This document shows, piece after piece, positions 13,619 to 26,569 of a DNA stretch of 64,000 nucleotides (position 1 is its first letter; every line of letters starts with the position of its first letter). The DNA comes from Eledone cirrhosa (taxonomy: Eukaryota): assembly GCA_964016885.1 (NCBI GenBank), contig OZ024741.1, positions 196,788,001 to 196,852,000 of the forward strand. Reading direction: 5' to 3'. Both the position numbers and the translations under genes were made by a program. Below the pieces are notes generated by a model, which was not told the origin of the DNA, did not search any database, and saw nothing but the letters and a program-made list of their open reading frames with translations.

Positions 13619-13769
13619 TACACCATGTTATCAGGGAAAGCTCCATTCCAAACAAGAAATAAAACTGAAACACCTGAAGGAATCATTAAAAGAATTAAAG
13701 AAGGGGAATTTGACTTTTCTGGACAGGAATGGCATGCTGTTTCTGCCAGTGCCAAGAAACTAATCCGAG
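13619..13769 (+). CDS. RPS6KA5: MSK exon, C-terminal kinase subdomains IX-XI
   Basis: ttcag/gtaaa; YTMLSGKAPFQ...IKEGEFDFSGQEWHAVSASAKKLIR plus G (phase 1). Confidence 0.95.
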
Positions 13770-14877
13770 GTAAAGAGTCTCACCATCTAATGTCTGTTTT
13801 CCATGATAGCATGGGTTAGATAAGTTGTCATGTTCTGAGGCTAAACAAGTTAGGTAATCTTTTTTTGCTCATACATTCTGATTCTAGCTTGGTTTGCTAA
13901 GGCTGGATGCACTTCTTAATGTGAACCATGTAATAGCATGTACTGAAAGCTTTTTTGTGACACCAGCACAACCACTTTACATGGTGTATTGGGTGCTTTT
14001 TGTCGTGGTACCAGCAGTACTGTCTTACAAAGTGCTTTTTGTTGTGTTTCCGATACTACCATCTAACAGGGTGGACTGAGTGCTTTTCTGTTGGGGCACC
14101 AGCATTGCTGGAGAGCAAGTAATGTGTCATGGCATTGGAGTTAAAGAGAGTGTTTTGTATTTGGCAGTATATTGTGGAGCTTGTTTGGTTTTCCATGCAT
14201 ACTTAGGTTGGACAGGAGAGGTGTATGAAGGATGTGACAGAAGGTAGGGGGAACACATCATCATCATTAAACATCAATTTTCTATGTCCACCTAGGCCAG
14301 ATGAACTGTCACATTTTGGGACTAGGCCAGACAAGCGACCAGTTCATGTGTTCTGTTTTGACATGACCTTTATCATGATACAAGGTGCCTGGCTTTCCAT
14401 GTTGGCATGAGTTGGATGGGGGGGTCATCTGTCTTTATGTGTTGAGCTGGGCTAGGAATCGAAGGCTATCTTTCCATGCTGAAAAGAATTGGATGTGCAA
14501 GTTGGGGGTAATAAAAGTGAGTTGGGGAAGAGCTACGATCAGGAAAGGTGAGGACCTAAGTGTTTTCTGCTTCTTTACTACCATCTTCTCCATGCTTGTT
14601 TCTTCCTGTGCATGTGAAATTCCAGTGTCATCTTCTGATAATATTGAATCATTCATTGCATGTATTCACTTCATGGCTGAGGCAGCCTTGTATCTTCAGA
14701 ATTCACATCCTATCAAAGCTGAGTTAATCATTAACCTTAGTTTTGAAGTAATGAACTTTTAACTTTAGCAATATAATATTTTCTAAGTTCTAAAACCTTA
14801 AAAATAGTAACTTAGAATGTAAAAACTTCTGAATTAATAACTGTGTCTGCATTGAAAACGGTTTTTATTTATTGCAG

Positions 14878-15752
14878 GCCTTCTGACTGTAGACCCACGA
14901 GAAAGATCAACAATGCACAGTCTTCTACAAAATAAATGGATCCAAGGAAACAATGATAGAGTATTTTCACAAACCCCACTGCACACACCAGGAATTCTTT
15001 GTTCCACAAGCAATGCATTGCAGCAGCAGTTGGTGCAAACCATGGATGCATTCCACCGTGCGGCTCGGGAAGGATTCCGATTGCAGGATGTTGCTAATGC
15101 TCCTCTTGCTCAACGGCGTCAAATGAAACGAAACTCTATGGATGCCCGTAGCAGTTCAAATGACAGCACTGCATCTTCTCCATCTTCATCTTCAATTTCG
15201 GGAGGATCAACAACAGCTGCAGCAGCTGTAGCCATGTCTCCAACCATCAGTCAACATCCTATAGACATTAACTACTCTCACACTGACTCATCATCTCGAA
15301 ATACATCAAATACTTCCACAATATCTAATATATCACAAAGCAGCACTGGTTTCATACCAACTAAATGTACCAGGCTACAACAACAGCAGCAGCAGTCAGC
15401 TATTGTCCAAGATGAACAACAAGCTCATTCTCAGTTTGTAATCCAACAAAAGTTATTAGCCCAACATTCCTCACCATATCAATCTTCAGACCAGTTTGCT
15501 TTCTCCTGTTTTAATAGTGGAAATAATGATGCAACTAGTGGTAGGGGTGTGATTCCTATGATTGAAACTCCAAGATGTATCAATACTGCATGTACAGTTT
15601 TTACCTACACAGATGCCAATGAAACAGCGCAGAAACGTCATTTATCTGAACGAAAAAGTTCAGATAGTGATTGTATTGTTGAAAGTAGTTCATTGCCTGT
15701 TGTTTCACCACCAAAAAAGCGGCCTAGAACAGAAACTATCGTCATAGAGTAA
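14878..15752 (+). CDS. RPS6KA5: MSK terminal coding exon: end of kinase, MAPK-docking motif, long Ser/Gln-rich tail, stop
   Basis: tgcag acceptor; GLLTVDPRER...PLHTPGIL...AFHRAAREGFRLQDVANAPLAQRRQMKR; open to TAA at 15750-15752. Confidence 0.94.
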
Positions 15753-15800
15753 TATATTTAAATTTATCATACAAAACCTTTATGGTATTTTATGAATCTT

Positions 15801-15833
<33 letters not shown>

Positions 15834-16030
15834 CCGAGGGATGGGGTTAAATTACAGAGGAAGGGAAGATCAACACACACACACATATATAAATATAAAT
15901 ACATATTGATGTTATATATAATAAACTTTTTCTATTATATTGTTAAAATTCTATTGTATAAAAGATATTGTGAGAACAAAAGATTTTAAACAGATATTTA
16001 TTCTATTTTGAATAGTTTAATAAGATTTTT

Positions 16031-16036
16031 AATAAA
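16031..16036 (+). promoter_or_regulatory. Candidate polyadenylation signal of the MSK gene
   Basis: AATAAA about 280 nt after the stop codon, followed by a GT/T-rich tract; repeats begin shortly afterwards. Confidence 0.45.
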
Positions 16037-17689
16037 AAACCAAATACCAAAATGATATTGTGTTTTAATTGACTGTATATTGTACCATTTACTTAAATTT
16101 TAACCAAATGTTAAAAGTTGTTTCATATATACTACTAATGCTATTAATATTGGTTTTTAATTTAAGCACAAAGCCAGCAAATTTTGGGGAATTGCAAAGT
16201 TGATTAAATCAACCACAGTACTTTATTGACCTCAGAAGGATGAAAGGCAAAGTTGACCCTGGCAGGATTTGAACTTAGAATATAAAGTGGTAGAAGCTAT
16301 TAATATTGACTGCTGTTATGAAAAACGTGATAGAGTATCACTCTCTACACTACAATGGACCCATAACTCCTGATGGAGTTGTAGGGGCGCTGTAGTGCCA
16401 TATGGTATTTCTTGGACATTTTTCAAACTCCTGGTGGAGCCCATCCCCTCTCTAGGTCTAAATGCAACTGATTTCTTCCAGAGAGACAGAAAGTAAGAAC
16501 GATATAGAAGTATCGACTCCAGTACTGGTACTTTTTTTTTTTATTGATCTCGAAAGGATGAGAGGCAAAGTTGACCTCAGCAGGATTTGAACTCAAAGAC
16601 CATAGAGAGCTAGAACAAATACTGCCAAGCATTCTATCTGATGTTTTAACAACTCTGCCAATTTGCTATTTATTTACACCACATTGACTGAATGCAAAAT
16701 TTTCTGATCTGTTATACTTAATGTATTCCTCTAATTATTTTAATTATAATTTTTATTTTCCTAAATTTATTTTATAATTCAGTCTGGGTTAAAATATTTG
16801 TAGCCATAAGACATCAGTATTATTTAACCCTTCCATTACCATATTTCTAGTAAGATACTGCTTATGATTTTTAAATCAAGAATTTGGAAGGATTTAGTAT
16901 TTCAAACATAACTTAAATATTTTACATAAAATTATGATGGAAGGTTTTAGATAAACCATCATCATTTAACATCTGCTCTCCCTGCCAGCAGAGGTTGGAT
17001 GGGTTGTCACAGATCAAATCAGTACTCAGGTGGGGTTACTGACTACTCAGATGGAACAGGGACTCGCATATCACTTACATATGTTTTTTGCACTTGAGAT
17101 TCACCAACAAAACTATTCAACAATTATTTCATACAGTTGCTTGTTTATCCATGTTCCTGGCTCCACCATTCATCAAGCAATGTTGGTCAGTGGAGACTAA
17201 GGTAAACATGATCTGTTGGGTGTACAATGTTAACTGATGTGAGAAATAGAGCACAAGTGAGCTGAGAAAATTCTGAGCATTAAAGACGTCAAAGTGTGCA
17301 GTTGAACAAGTAATGTAAATGGGAAAGTGGGGAGTAGTGAGCTCATCACCAACACTGCAAGTTACCAATCATCACTTCCTTTTGTCATGAGGTTCAGTTT
17401 CTTGAAGTAAGTCTTTATCTCATCCCATGTTTTCCTTGGACCCATTCCACAGATTCCATCTACTTCAAGTGCCCTGTATGTTATACAGCTATCATCTTCT
17501 ATACATATTACATATTCTTCTATATATTACATATTCTACATATTACATGTTCATATTAGTGCAGTCTTCTTTCTTGCACGCTACATCTGATTTGAGTTGA
17601 ATCATCATTTTATGCCTTTCCATATTGACAAGGATTGAATGGGTCATTACAGACCAATTCAACTCTTTATTAGAACTACACTCCTCCTA

Positions 17690-18930
17690 AACAAATTTTG
17701 AGACCACATTTGCTCGATAAAGAATAAGGAAAATTGTGTACAGTGCGCCAGTGCACTCCAATTCATCAAAGGTGCATGTATAGTACATAGAATAATGTAC
17801 AAATGTCAGGAAGGCAAACGGTGTATGAGTCATGATATACACACATGCGTGCATGTGTATGGAGGGGGAATATCAGGTGTAGTGTTGGCGAATTTCAGGA
17901 AGCATGGAAGTTTTGAAGGTTGCAATGTCTCGACAGCTAACAACAGAAGCAGATAGTTCCATGCTTCAGCAACTCTGAGCATGAAAAAATGTTTCCGAAA
18001 GTCATGGGAGCTGCACTGTTTACTGATTTTGTAGGCATATGGAATTCAAAAAAGTGTTCAGAGTTGTTGGAAAGATGGTTAATAATCTTATGGGTGTCTA
18101 CCAAGTCAGTTGCCAGATGAAGCTTTAATGTATCCATGCCCAGGGAAGTAGGGTGTTCAGAGTATGGTAGATGCCTGATGGAGGGTATTCGTTAGGTTGC
18201 ATGTCCGAACAGTTTCCTGGAGATCAAAATACTGAGCAAGATAAAATTCTAAGTGTGGATGCGTCAGAGTTATAATACTGCTTTAAATAGATAGCTGGGG
18301 AGCAGCTGAATTCTAAGCAAGGCACTCCAATAAGATCCCTCATTGTGAGGTTCTACACGAATGCTTATTTTAATTCCTGCTATTTCTAGGCTGAGATCAG
18401 AAATTAGTTATCAAATTTCTGCAACTTCCATATTAATGGTCGATTTTTGTTGTTGAACAGTAACGGGAGAGGAAGACAGGGTCAGATTTTGTTGTTGCTG
18501 TTCTTCAACAGGAATGGTAGGGGAAGACATGGTCGGTTTTTGTTGTTGATCAACAGCAATGGTAGGGAAAGACACACAGGCCAGGCACTGAAAGGACCAA
18601 TTTGGTAGCTTGACCATTTCCCAGAGTCCATCCATCATAGAAATATGGTTTCCCTTTTTTTGACCTGGGATCTTTGGAAAGTTTATGGCACATTGAAGGC
18701 AGACAGAAACATGGCATTTACCACATTCAACCCACCGATTTTGAAGAGTTCCTAGGTTCTGTGCATTGATGACAGACATAATTTTTCAGGCAGTGTTCTA
18801 TTTTGGAACAGCAACTAGTTTTGTCGCACACTTCATCTATGGATGTTGTCATAGCAATTTTTGTTCTGTCTGTCAATCCATACAATAGAACAAAAGGTAA
18901 ACAAATAGATATATGTAAGTATAACACACT
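17690..18930 (-). mobile_element. CR1-group LINE relic: PHD-finger ORF1 remnant joined to the ORF2 3' end
   Basis: WVECGKCHVSVCLQCA...WSFQCLAC (PHD-like); MDTLKLHLATDLVDTHKIINHL...FFEF typical of the CR1-type ORF2 C-terminus. Confidence 0.6.
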
Positions 18931-19149
18931 TAAGCAGATAAATAAAATGCTTTTGTTTCTGTTTTCCTAAGTCTTGTCCTACTTATGCTAATGTGTAAAA
19001 TGGACGTTAAACGATGATGATGATGTATGTGTGTGTGTATACAAAAAGATCAGTGAACGTATATATAATTAAGAGATGTATGAAGTCTATATCTAGAGTG
19101 TATGCAGTGCAAAGTGATTATAATATATGAACGATGAATCAATGAATCA

Positions 19150-20470
19150 ATGAATCAATGGCTGAACTAGAGAAGAAATTCCAAACATGGAAGCATGGCC
19201 TAGAATCAAAAGGCCTTAAAATTAACCTGTCTAAGACTAAAGTTCTAGTTTGTAGGAAGGAAAATAGGGCACCGGTCCCATCCGGGAAATGGCCATGCTC
19301 AGTGTGGAGGAAAGGAGTAGGCAGAAACTTCATTTTATGTCCCAAATGCAAAGTATGGGTGCATGAAAGATGTAGTGGGATCACAGGTAAGCTAACTAAG
19401 AATATAGATTTTATATGTGGCCGGTGCTCTGGTGCAATAAGTAGCAGCAAATGCCCACAGAAAACTAGCTCGTTCCATTGCACAGATGGTTCTAGAGAAA
19501 TAGTGGACACCTTCCGTTACTTGGGTGACAAAATCAGCAGTGGTGGAGGGTGCTCTGAAAGTACAGTAGCTAGAGTCGGAATGGAAAAAGTTCAGAGAGC
19601 TTATACCACTATTAGCCGCTAAAGGGTTCTCTCTAAAAATGAAAGGCAGGCTGTATGATGCCTGCATACGAACAGCAATGTTACATGGCAGTGAGACCTG
19701 GGCATTGTGAGCAGAGGATATACGTAGACTGGAGAGGAACGAAGCTTGCATGCTCCGCTGGATGTGTAATAGTAATATACGTGAACGGCAAAGCATAAAC
19801 GAACTAAGGGAAAAATTAGGAATAAGAGGGATCAGATGTTGTTTACTCGAGAGAAGACTACGTTGGTACGGTCACGTGATGCGCATGAAAGACGACAGCT
19901 GTATAAAAAAGTGCAGGGCAATAAAAATAGACGGTAGCCACGGAGTAGGCAGACCCAGAAAAACCTGGGACGACTTGATAAATTCCGACCTCACACACTT
20001 ACACCTCTCCAAGACAATGTCACTGGACCGAGATCTTTGGTGCTACACAGTAATACAGAAGACCCGCCTTGCCTAAGTACAAAGCGAAACCTACAGTCAG
20101 TAGGCACCATTTAACAAAAAATACACCCCCATCCCACTACCCCCACCCCATCCACACCACCCCTTTCAATGTAAAGTTATGTTGGTACCACAACATCCAG
20201 TCCGAAACAAATGAGGTCGTGTAGGTGTCATGACAAAAAAAACACACAGTCCACGCTGTATTGTGGCCGTGTAGGTAACACAGTAAAAACCTCCCAGTCC
20301 ACACTGTAAACGTGGTTGGTGTTAGGAAGGGCATCCAGCCGTAGAAAACCCGCCAGGCAGTCCTATGTGAGCAAGACAACCACTCTTGCCTCAAGCGGGA
20401 AAACTCCCGTCCAAACCCATGCAAGCGTCGAAGATGGACGTTAAATGATGATGATGATGATGATGATGAA
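19150..20470 (+). mobile_element. RTE-clade LINE 3' portion with (GAT)n tail
   Basis: LESKGLKINLSKTKVL, Cys-rich insert, FRYLGD, MLRWMC, RLRWYGHVMRM, GRPRKTW; tail ggacgttaaatgatgatgat. Confidence 0.88.
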
Positions 20471-20583
20471 CGATGGTTGCTATAGTGTCTGACGCAACAG
20501 TCACCAACCAGTGGTCCAAGAGAAAATTTTGGTGGTCAGCAGAAAAATGTGGACATTATTGGCAATTTTTGTTTTATTAATAA

Positions 20584-21282
20584 CTAGCAGATTTACCCGG
20601 GGTTTGAAATTATGCTAAGAATATACAGCTAGGAAGTAAAAGAAGAAAATTATTTGTCCCAAACCTGTCAAAATAAGCAGAAGTCTTCAATAATTAATGC
20701 AAACGAATATTTAGTGCAATCTTTGTACACATAAAACTATGCTGATAATGAAGGAAAATTTTGTTTAACTGATTTCTTCATTGTAATAATAGTTTTTTTT
20801 CATAAATTCACAATATCCTGGAAGCATAGATAATGCCTGCCTCAAATGTGGATGAAATTACCTTAAAAATGTAAAAGTTGTAGGTCCCAACGGTTTGAAT
20901 GGAAAGTCCCATAAGGATTGTTTTTAGATTGATTTCTCCCTTACAGCATACACTTTAGAAAAAATAATATTCTTGTATTACCTCGACGGCATAGGCAATG
21001 CCTGCCTCACATTTGGTAAAAAAAGCTCGAAAAATGTAAAATTGCAACTTTTAATTTGCTTCGAAAATCCCATAAGGATTTTGTCTTTGTTATCTCCCTT
21101 ACATCATGCACTTTAGAAAAAATAATTGCTCAACGTGGGTCAATTTGAAAAAAATGACCATCTTAGCAACAGGTGCAACGTGCACAGAGAATTTGGTCAA
21201 ATTTCTGTTGGGAATTGTAAAAGCATTAGGTGTCCAAATTTGTACACACACACACATCCTCGCTTTTATATATAGAGATAGA
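20584..21282 (-). mobile_element. Non-autonomous Helitron-like element
   Basis: Minus strand reads A|TCTATCTCTATATATAAAAGCG...CCCGGGTAAATCTGCTAG|T: 5' TC, 3' CTAG, AT target, no TSD; internal imperfect ~180-bp duplication. Confidence 0.7.
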
Positions 21283-21283
21283 T

Positions 21284-21529
21284 TGTAGCCGGAGGCATTC
21301 GAACTTACGTTGCGTCTTTCTATCACTCCGTCCACGTGGGGTACTTCCAACAGCGTCTATCTTCACACGACCCGTCTCCTCATGGCGCCAACAGCCAAGT
21401 GGCCGCTGCCCGCCACTTGGTCCCTCGTGTCGCCCCTGTCCTGCTTCCGGTCAGGCATCACCCAACTTCCAGCAATACCCCTCCCCACGGCAACTCTACA
21501 CACCCCCTATATCTCACAGCAGCCCTACA
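21284..21529 (-). repeat. Putative 3' LTR (about 246 bp) of the Gypsy relic
   Basis: TGTAG...CTACA inverted termini, preceded on the minus strand by the purine-rich tract cagggggca and a G-run; no second copy available to confirm. Confidence 0.65.
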
Positions 21530-24400
21530 TGCCCCCTGATCATCAATCCCCCCCCCCCCCCCACTGCTCCATGTCAAAATCCGCCATCCCCCTTTCCGCA
21601 ATGGCCTTGATCGTGCGATGGTGTCTCTCCACAATCCCATTTCCGCTCTGAAGAAGCGGTTCACCTTCCACCTGTCAAGCATTTTTCTCAGCACCTCAAA
21701 GCGAAACGCTGTGCTGTTGTCCATCAGCAGTTCATCTACAGGGCCCCGTTCCAAGAATATCTCTCTCAGCGTCTGTGCGATTTCCTCCGCAGTCCCTGTC
21801 TTCATTTACCTCCATATCACCATCCGTCCCGTCCCACAATCGACCATCGACAGATACGTTCCTTGTCGGTAGTGTGTCACGTCCACTGCCAATCACTTCC
21901 AGTTGTGCTCCACCGAGATGCTGCCCGTCTCGTGCACACCAGGTGCAGGGCCGTTAGACTGGGATCTGTCGCAACCTCCGACCACTCTCTGGACACTGTC
22001 TACTAACATCAGAGAGGATTCTTCTGGTTAGGAACAGTGTCCTATCCACTTCCATGTGGTGCATGGCATGCAGTCCCCTCAACTCCGAATCACTCAGCCG
22101 ACACACTGCAGCTATCCTCTTCTCTGCGTTTCCAGCCAGGCTTTCTTCACCCTGATTAATATGTCTGCCCTGTTTTTCTTTGAGGGTACAACGACACTCA
22201 ACTCCAGGCCAAACTCAATGGATAGCTCTCCCAGAGTTCCCAGGCGGCGCTTTATCGACATTTCTGCTGCCCCTCTTCTCACTGGTAGGCACTGATCTCA
22301 CCCATCCGAGTACAGTGGCCGAGTCAGTGTGAATTTCTAGTGCACAGCCCCCATCTCAGGGCGAGATTCACTCCTCTCAGCACAGCATCCAGTTTGGCCA
22401 CGTTGATGTGGTTGCAGTCCTCCTCCTTCCTATGCCAGGCTGCGTCCTCGACCTCGACACCCCCTAGTGCTATGCTGCTGGCATCACACCATACAGTCCC
22501 GTTCTCCGATTTTAGGACGTACCAGCATCCTCTCACCTGGTCATCCGCCTTTACCCTCTCCACGATCTCCTGCATCATGGCCACTGTCCTCTCTCCAACC
22601 CTGTCACCTCAGCTGCTCGTCTCTTGACACAGCTGCATGCCACCCGGAGCCACCCTGCGATAGGATAGTGGCCCACCAATTTACCACACATTGAGAAGAG
22701 TTCCGGTCCATTCATATCAGAACCCAGTTCCAGGACTTCATTACCCCTCCGAAACACCAGTGTGCACGTCTTATCTCTTTGCAGCTTGAGTCCTAGTGTG
22801 GATCCTCCTTCCTTCACTTCCGGCGGTTTCGCGGTCAGCCTGGACCTTCCCAAGTGGCCTAAGACCTCTGCTGCTGACACGACCGTCTCGTCCACGATCG
22901 ATGTAGTTGGTGGCCCTCCTCACCTTGTCTGCTTTTACCAGAATAGCCTTGAGGACCGACGCCATGATTTTTGGTGCAGAGTTTCAACCCGAAGCCAAGC
23001 CCGGTCAGGCAGTATGTTTGGCCCTTATACCTGACCAGCTGTTATTTCCACATGTAACTGCAGATATGCCGACAATCGTGGAGGCCCCCCGTCATTCATC
23101 TCCACTCTCGCAAGGTTTCCCTGCAAACATCCGTGACTTCACCACCTGTGAGGCATGACACATGTTCGTCCAGCTCACAAAAGTCTAACACCGGCCTAAC
23201 CTTGTTCTTCGTGGGCTGCACCGCTGCCATTAGTGGCAACACTACACACTTCACCACCAAGGAATCAGTATACCCTCCTCGATGCATCTCTGTACATCTT
23301 CCTCAAACTCACTTCCGGCATCTCCTTTCAAGGTATGCTGATAGCAGCCCACTCTGTTCTTCAGTGTTAGTGGATCTCCCTTCCAGTACCACACAGCTAC
23401 TCACTGCAGCCCATCGAACACCGCCCTGAAATCCTTTCCTGTATGATATTTTCTTCATGGATCTCCCTGTTCTTCATGAATTCTCCCAGCACATGATGTC
23501 TCCTCGCTACCAAACTGACTTCACTCACTGTAACACATCCTAAGCAGCAAATCGCATCCATGCCCATTACTACGTCGATTCCGTCCACCACCTCGTCAAT
23601 CACGATCGCCCAAAGCCTCATTTTTCTTCCCCGTACCACCATTGACATCTCACTGCTACTCTGTATCTAATCTCCCTGCCGTCGACTGCCCTTATACTGC
23701 TCATCCCACTCCACTTTTTAACCACCTCTATGGTCACTAGTGTTGTCGTGCAACCCGTGCCCACGAGTGCTCGCGATGTGCGGGCTCTGGCACCTGAAGC
23801 ACCGGCCTCCGAATGCACACAGACGACTATTCACAGCAGCTGGTCTCCTTTTGTCATACGTTGGTTGCTGTTGACTCCCATCGCTGCTAGCGCTGCAACA
23901 TTCCACCTGGTGTCCCGTGTTATTACGTGGGCCTGCGTGATTAGCTTGCCCATGCTCATCTCTTTGTTGCCAGGAAGCTGTTGGAACCTCATTGAGATTT
24001 CATCGGGGGAACCCATTCATAAATGCTGCCCGCATGGCACATTCGCGTTCTACCGCAAATCCGGCCAGCGTAGCAAACCGCCGTAACTGCTGCGAACACG
24101 TCCACATTCTCCCTTCCATCTTACTCTGCCTAACTTGGCAAAAGCAGCATACGGCCCCTCGGTGAACGCTTCCTTAAGTCGTTGCCCTATCTTCTCCACT
24201 TTCAGTTGATCTCTCTCATCCATCTTGAGGTATAATGGTAGTGCATCCCCGTTGAGATATAGAGCGATCAAACCAGCAACGTTGTCAATGTAAATTTTCT
24301 TAACCAGGCGATGACATCTCCTTGCCGTTAAAAAGCCTTGATCACCTCGCTATTCAATCACAATTTCGCCGCCACCTCCCTGTGAGATCGGAAAAGTCAA
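21284..24400 (-). mobile_element. Decayed Ty3/Gypsy LTR retrotransposon (gag-PR-RT-RNaseH-INT) with only the 3' LTR
   Basis: gag-like LIALYLNGDAL; protease-like RALVGTGCTTTLV and DVVMGMDAI; RT-like KNKVRPVLDF; RNase H WCDASSIALG...HINVAKLDAV; integrase GPVDELLMDNSTAF; Gypsy domain order. Confidence 0.85.
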
Positions 24401-24412
24401 CAAACCGCATGG

Positions 24413-24455
<43 letters not shown>

Positions 24456-25619
24456 TAAACTAAAGCGCTGCCGTGCCGGGAGTATGAATTTCGAAAGATG
24501 AGAAAATTCTTTAAATTTCAAAATTATGAATTCAGTGGTCCGTGAGGTCCAAAAGAGCTTGTCATATATATATATATATATATATATATGTGCATCTGTG
24601 TGTATGTTGTTTAGAGAATTCCTATAGTGTTCACACGCGACGTAGTGATTCATTATGTCTACACATGGTTTGTTGCCGATCTCCAATTTACTTTATTAAA
24701 GTGATGTTATATCAAAAATAGTACTGCTAGTCAAGGAATAGTGAAGGAAGTTGCAATAGTGCATCTTATAATCCATGTGAAATGCGTCAAAAGTGATAGA
24801 ATTATGTTTAGATATGAGAGCTGAGATCATTGTCGCCATCGATAAACAGAAAGTATCAATGCCAACTACATTACAAAGTGTACTGAATGCATTTTATCAT
24901 GGTACTAGCACTAAAGAGCTTGTCATGTCCATGATGCAACTACCCATTTTTGGTATAGTCTCTATCACTGGATGACTTTCCAACCACTTTCGACTTCTAG
25001 GTGCATTTTATCATAGCACAAGCACTAGAGATTGACGTGAATGAAGAATCTTCTCTAATCAATGTTGTTGTGTAATGAATGTTATCATGGCACCAGCACT
25101 AGAGAGGCTGCCTTGGTCTAAGGTGATTGAGAGTGAAAAATAAAAAAGGAGGTAGATCTCTCATCTGGGACACCACCTGCTGTGACACGTTCTCCACCTC
25201 CAAATTAATCGCTTCAGCCACAAATTCCGGTACCACGGCCCACCTTGCAGAAGAAAGGAAAATAAACAAATAACAAGGATTGTCCGGCCACCGTTGAGAC
25301 CTCAGGTGTACTTGGACCCCATACAGTTGAGCTCCTCTGCAAGATCAAAATGTTGATGGCCAGTCTGAGGAAGGAACCCTGCGAGGTGGGGGTGGCTGTT
25401 GCAGCGTGTGTCACTGGCCTTTTGTCTGCGGGGCGCAGCCCCTTTATCACCTCATCCTAGGCCCAGAGCCCAATCATCTTCCCCCACCCCCCACATTCTT
25501 CTGTATGACACCAGAGTCCCTTCCTTTTGTTTTTTATTTCTTTTTCTCTTTATATTTTCCTATTTTCCTATTCCATTCTTCTGAATCTAAATTTTCTTTT
25601 CTTTATTTATTAAACTGTA

Positions 25620-26087
25620 CTAGCAGAAAACCACCCTGCGGGTGGTTTTCTGCTAGCATGTGTAGTGTGTATATTGATATTATATGCAAGTAAATATGCA
25701 TGTAGATATGATACATCAAATAATATACACAGAAATTGAATGAAGACTGTGTTACACTGTCTTATGTAATCAGTAACGTAATCCATGATACATTAAAAAA
25801 AGACGATATTATATATAAACTGCATTAGGAGAAAATTAGTGACAGAAATATATGAATATTTATTTAAGTGACCGCTAACTGAAAGTGTTGACATTTGAAG
25901 ATTTTAAAGAAGTGAATTTTTAAATAAGTAATAAAATATATTTAATGAACAGCCACAAAATTTAGTAGATAAATTATGTAATATTCATTCATTATTTATT
26001 CAAAGTAATCCAACTTATTTTACTAATGGGATAAAAAAATTATAAACCGTACGCAGTCCCGCGCTCCTTACTTTATTATAGTTTAGA
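25620..26087 (-). mobile_element. Non-autonomous Helitron-like element (family B, copy 1)
   Basis: A|TCTAAACTATAATAAAG...CTAG|T termini with a perfect terminal hairpin; homologous to 53178-53673. Confidence 0.72.
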
Positions 26088-26569
26088 TTTGTTATATTCC
26101 ATAAATAAAATTTAATAGAAAAGGAGTTGCGGTTAAGAAGACAAATGTGGTTGAGGAGTCAGTGGTGGGATAGTATGGAAGGGAGAAATGATGAGAGTAA
26201 TTGGTTGATTATTAGTAGGAAAGTGAATAGACAACAGCATTAGAAGTATATAGAAGAGAGTAGATGGGTGACAACAAGGGATAAATGTCATCCAAGAGCC
26301 ATATAGGGTGGAGACAGAGCTATAATAGTGGAGAATGGATGATGGTCAGGGTACTAAATGTTGGCAGAAGAGATGTCTTTCTTCACAGCAACACTGTCTA
26401 TGTGAGAGAGGCACAAATAATGAGAATAGTAGGAATGAGTGATGGTAAAGTGGTAAAGTAGAAATGGATCAAGTGCCACACCTTATAGAGCATGTTGTGG
26501 AGAGGATGGTAGATGGAAAAATGTGGATTTAATTGGGATCATATTAGGTGTCTTGTTTGTACTGGTGAG

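Noticed and set aside
24412-24453. Poly(A) tail of a processed pseudogene
   Set aside because: The adjacent sequence is Gypsy gag on the opposite strand and no retrocopied mRNA is visible; treated as a homopolymer inside a repeat
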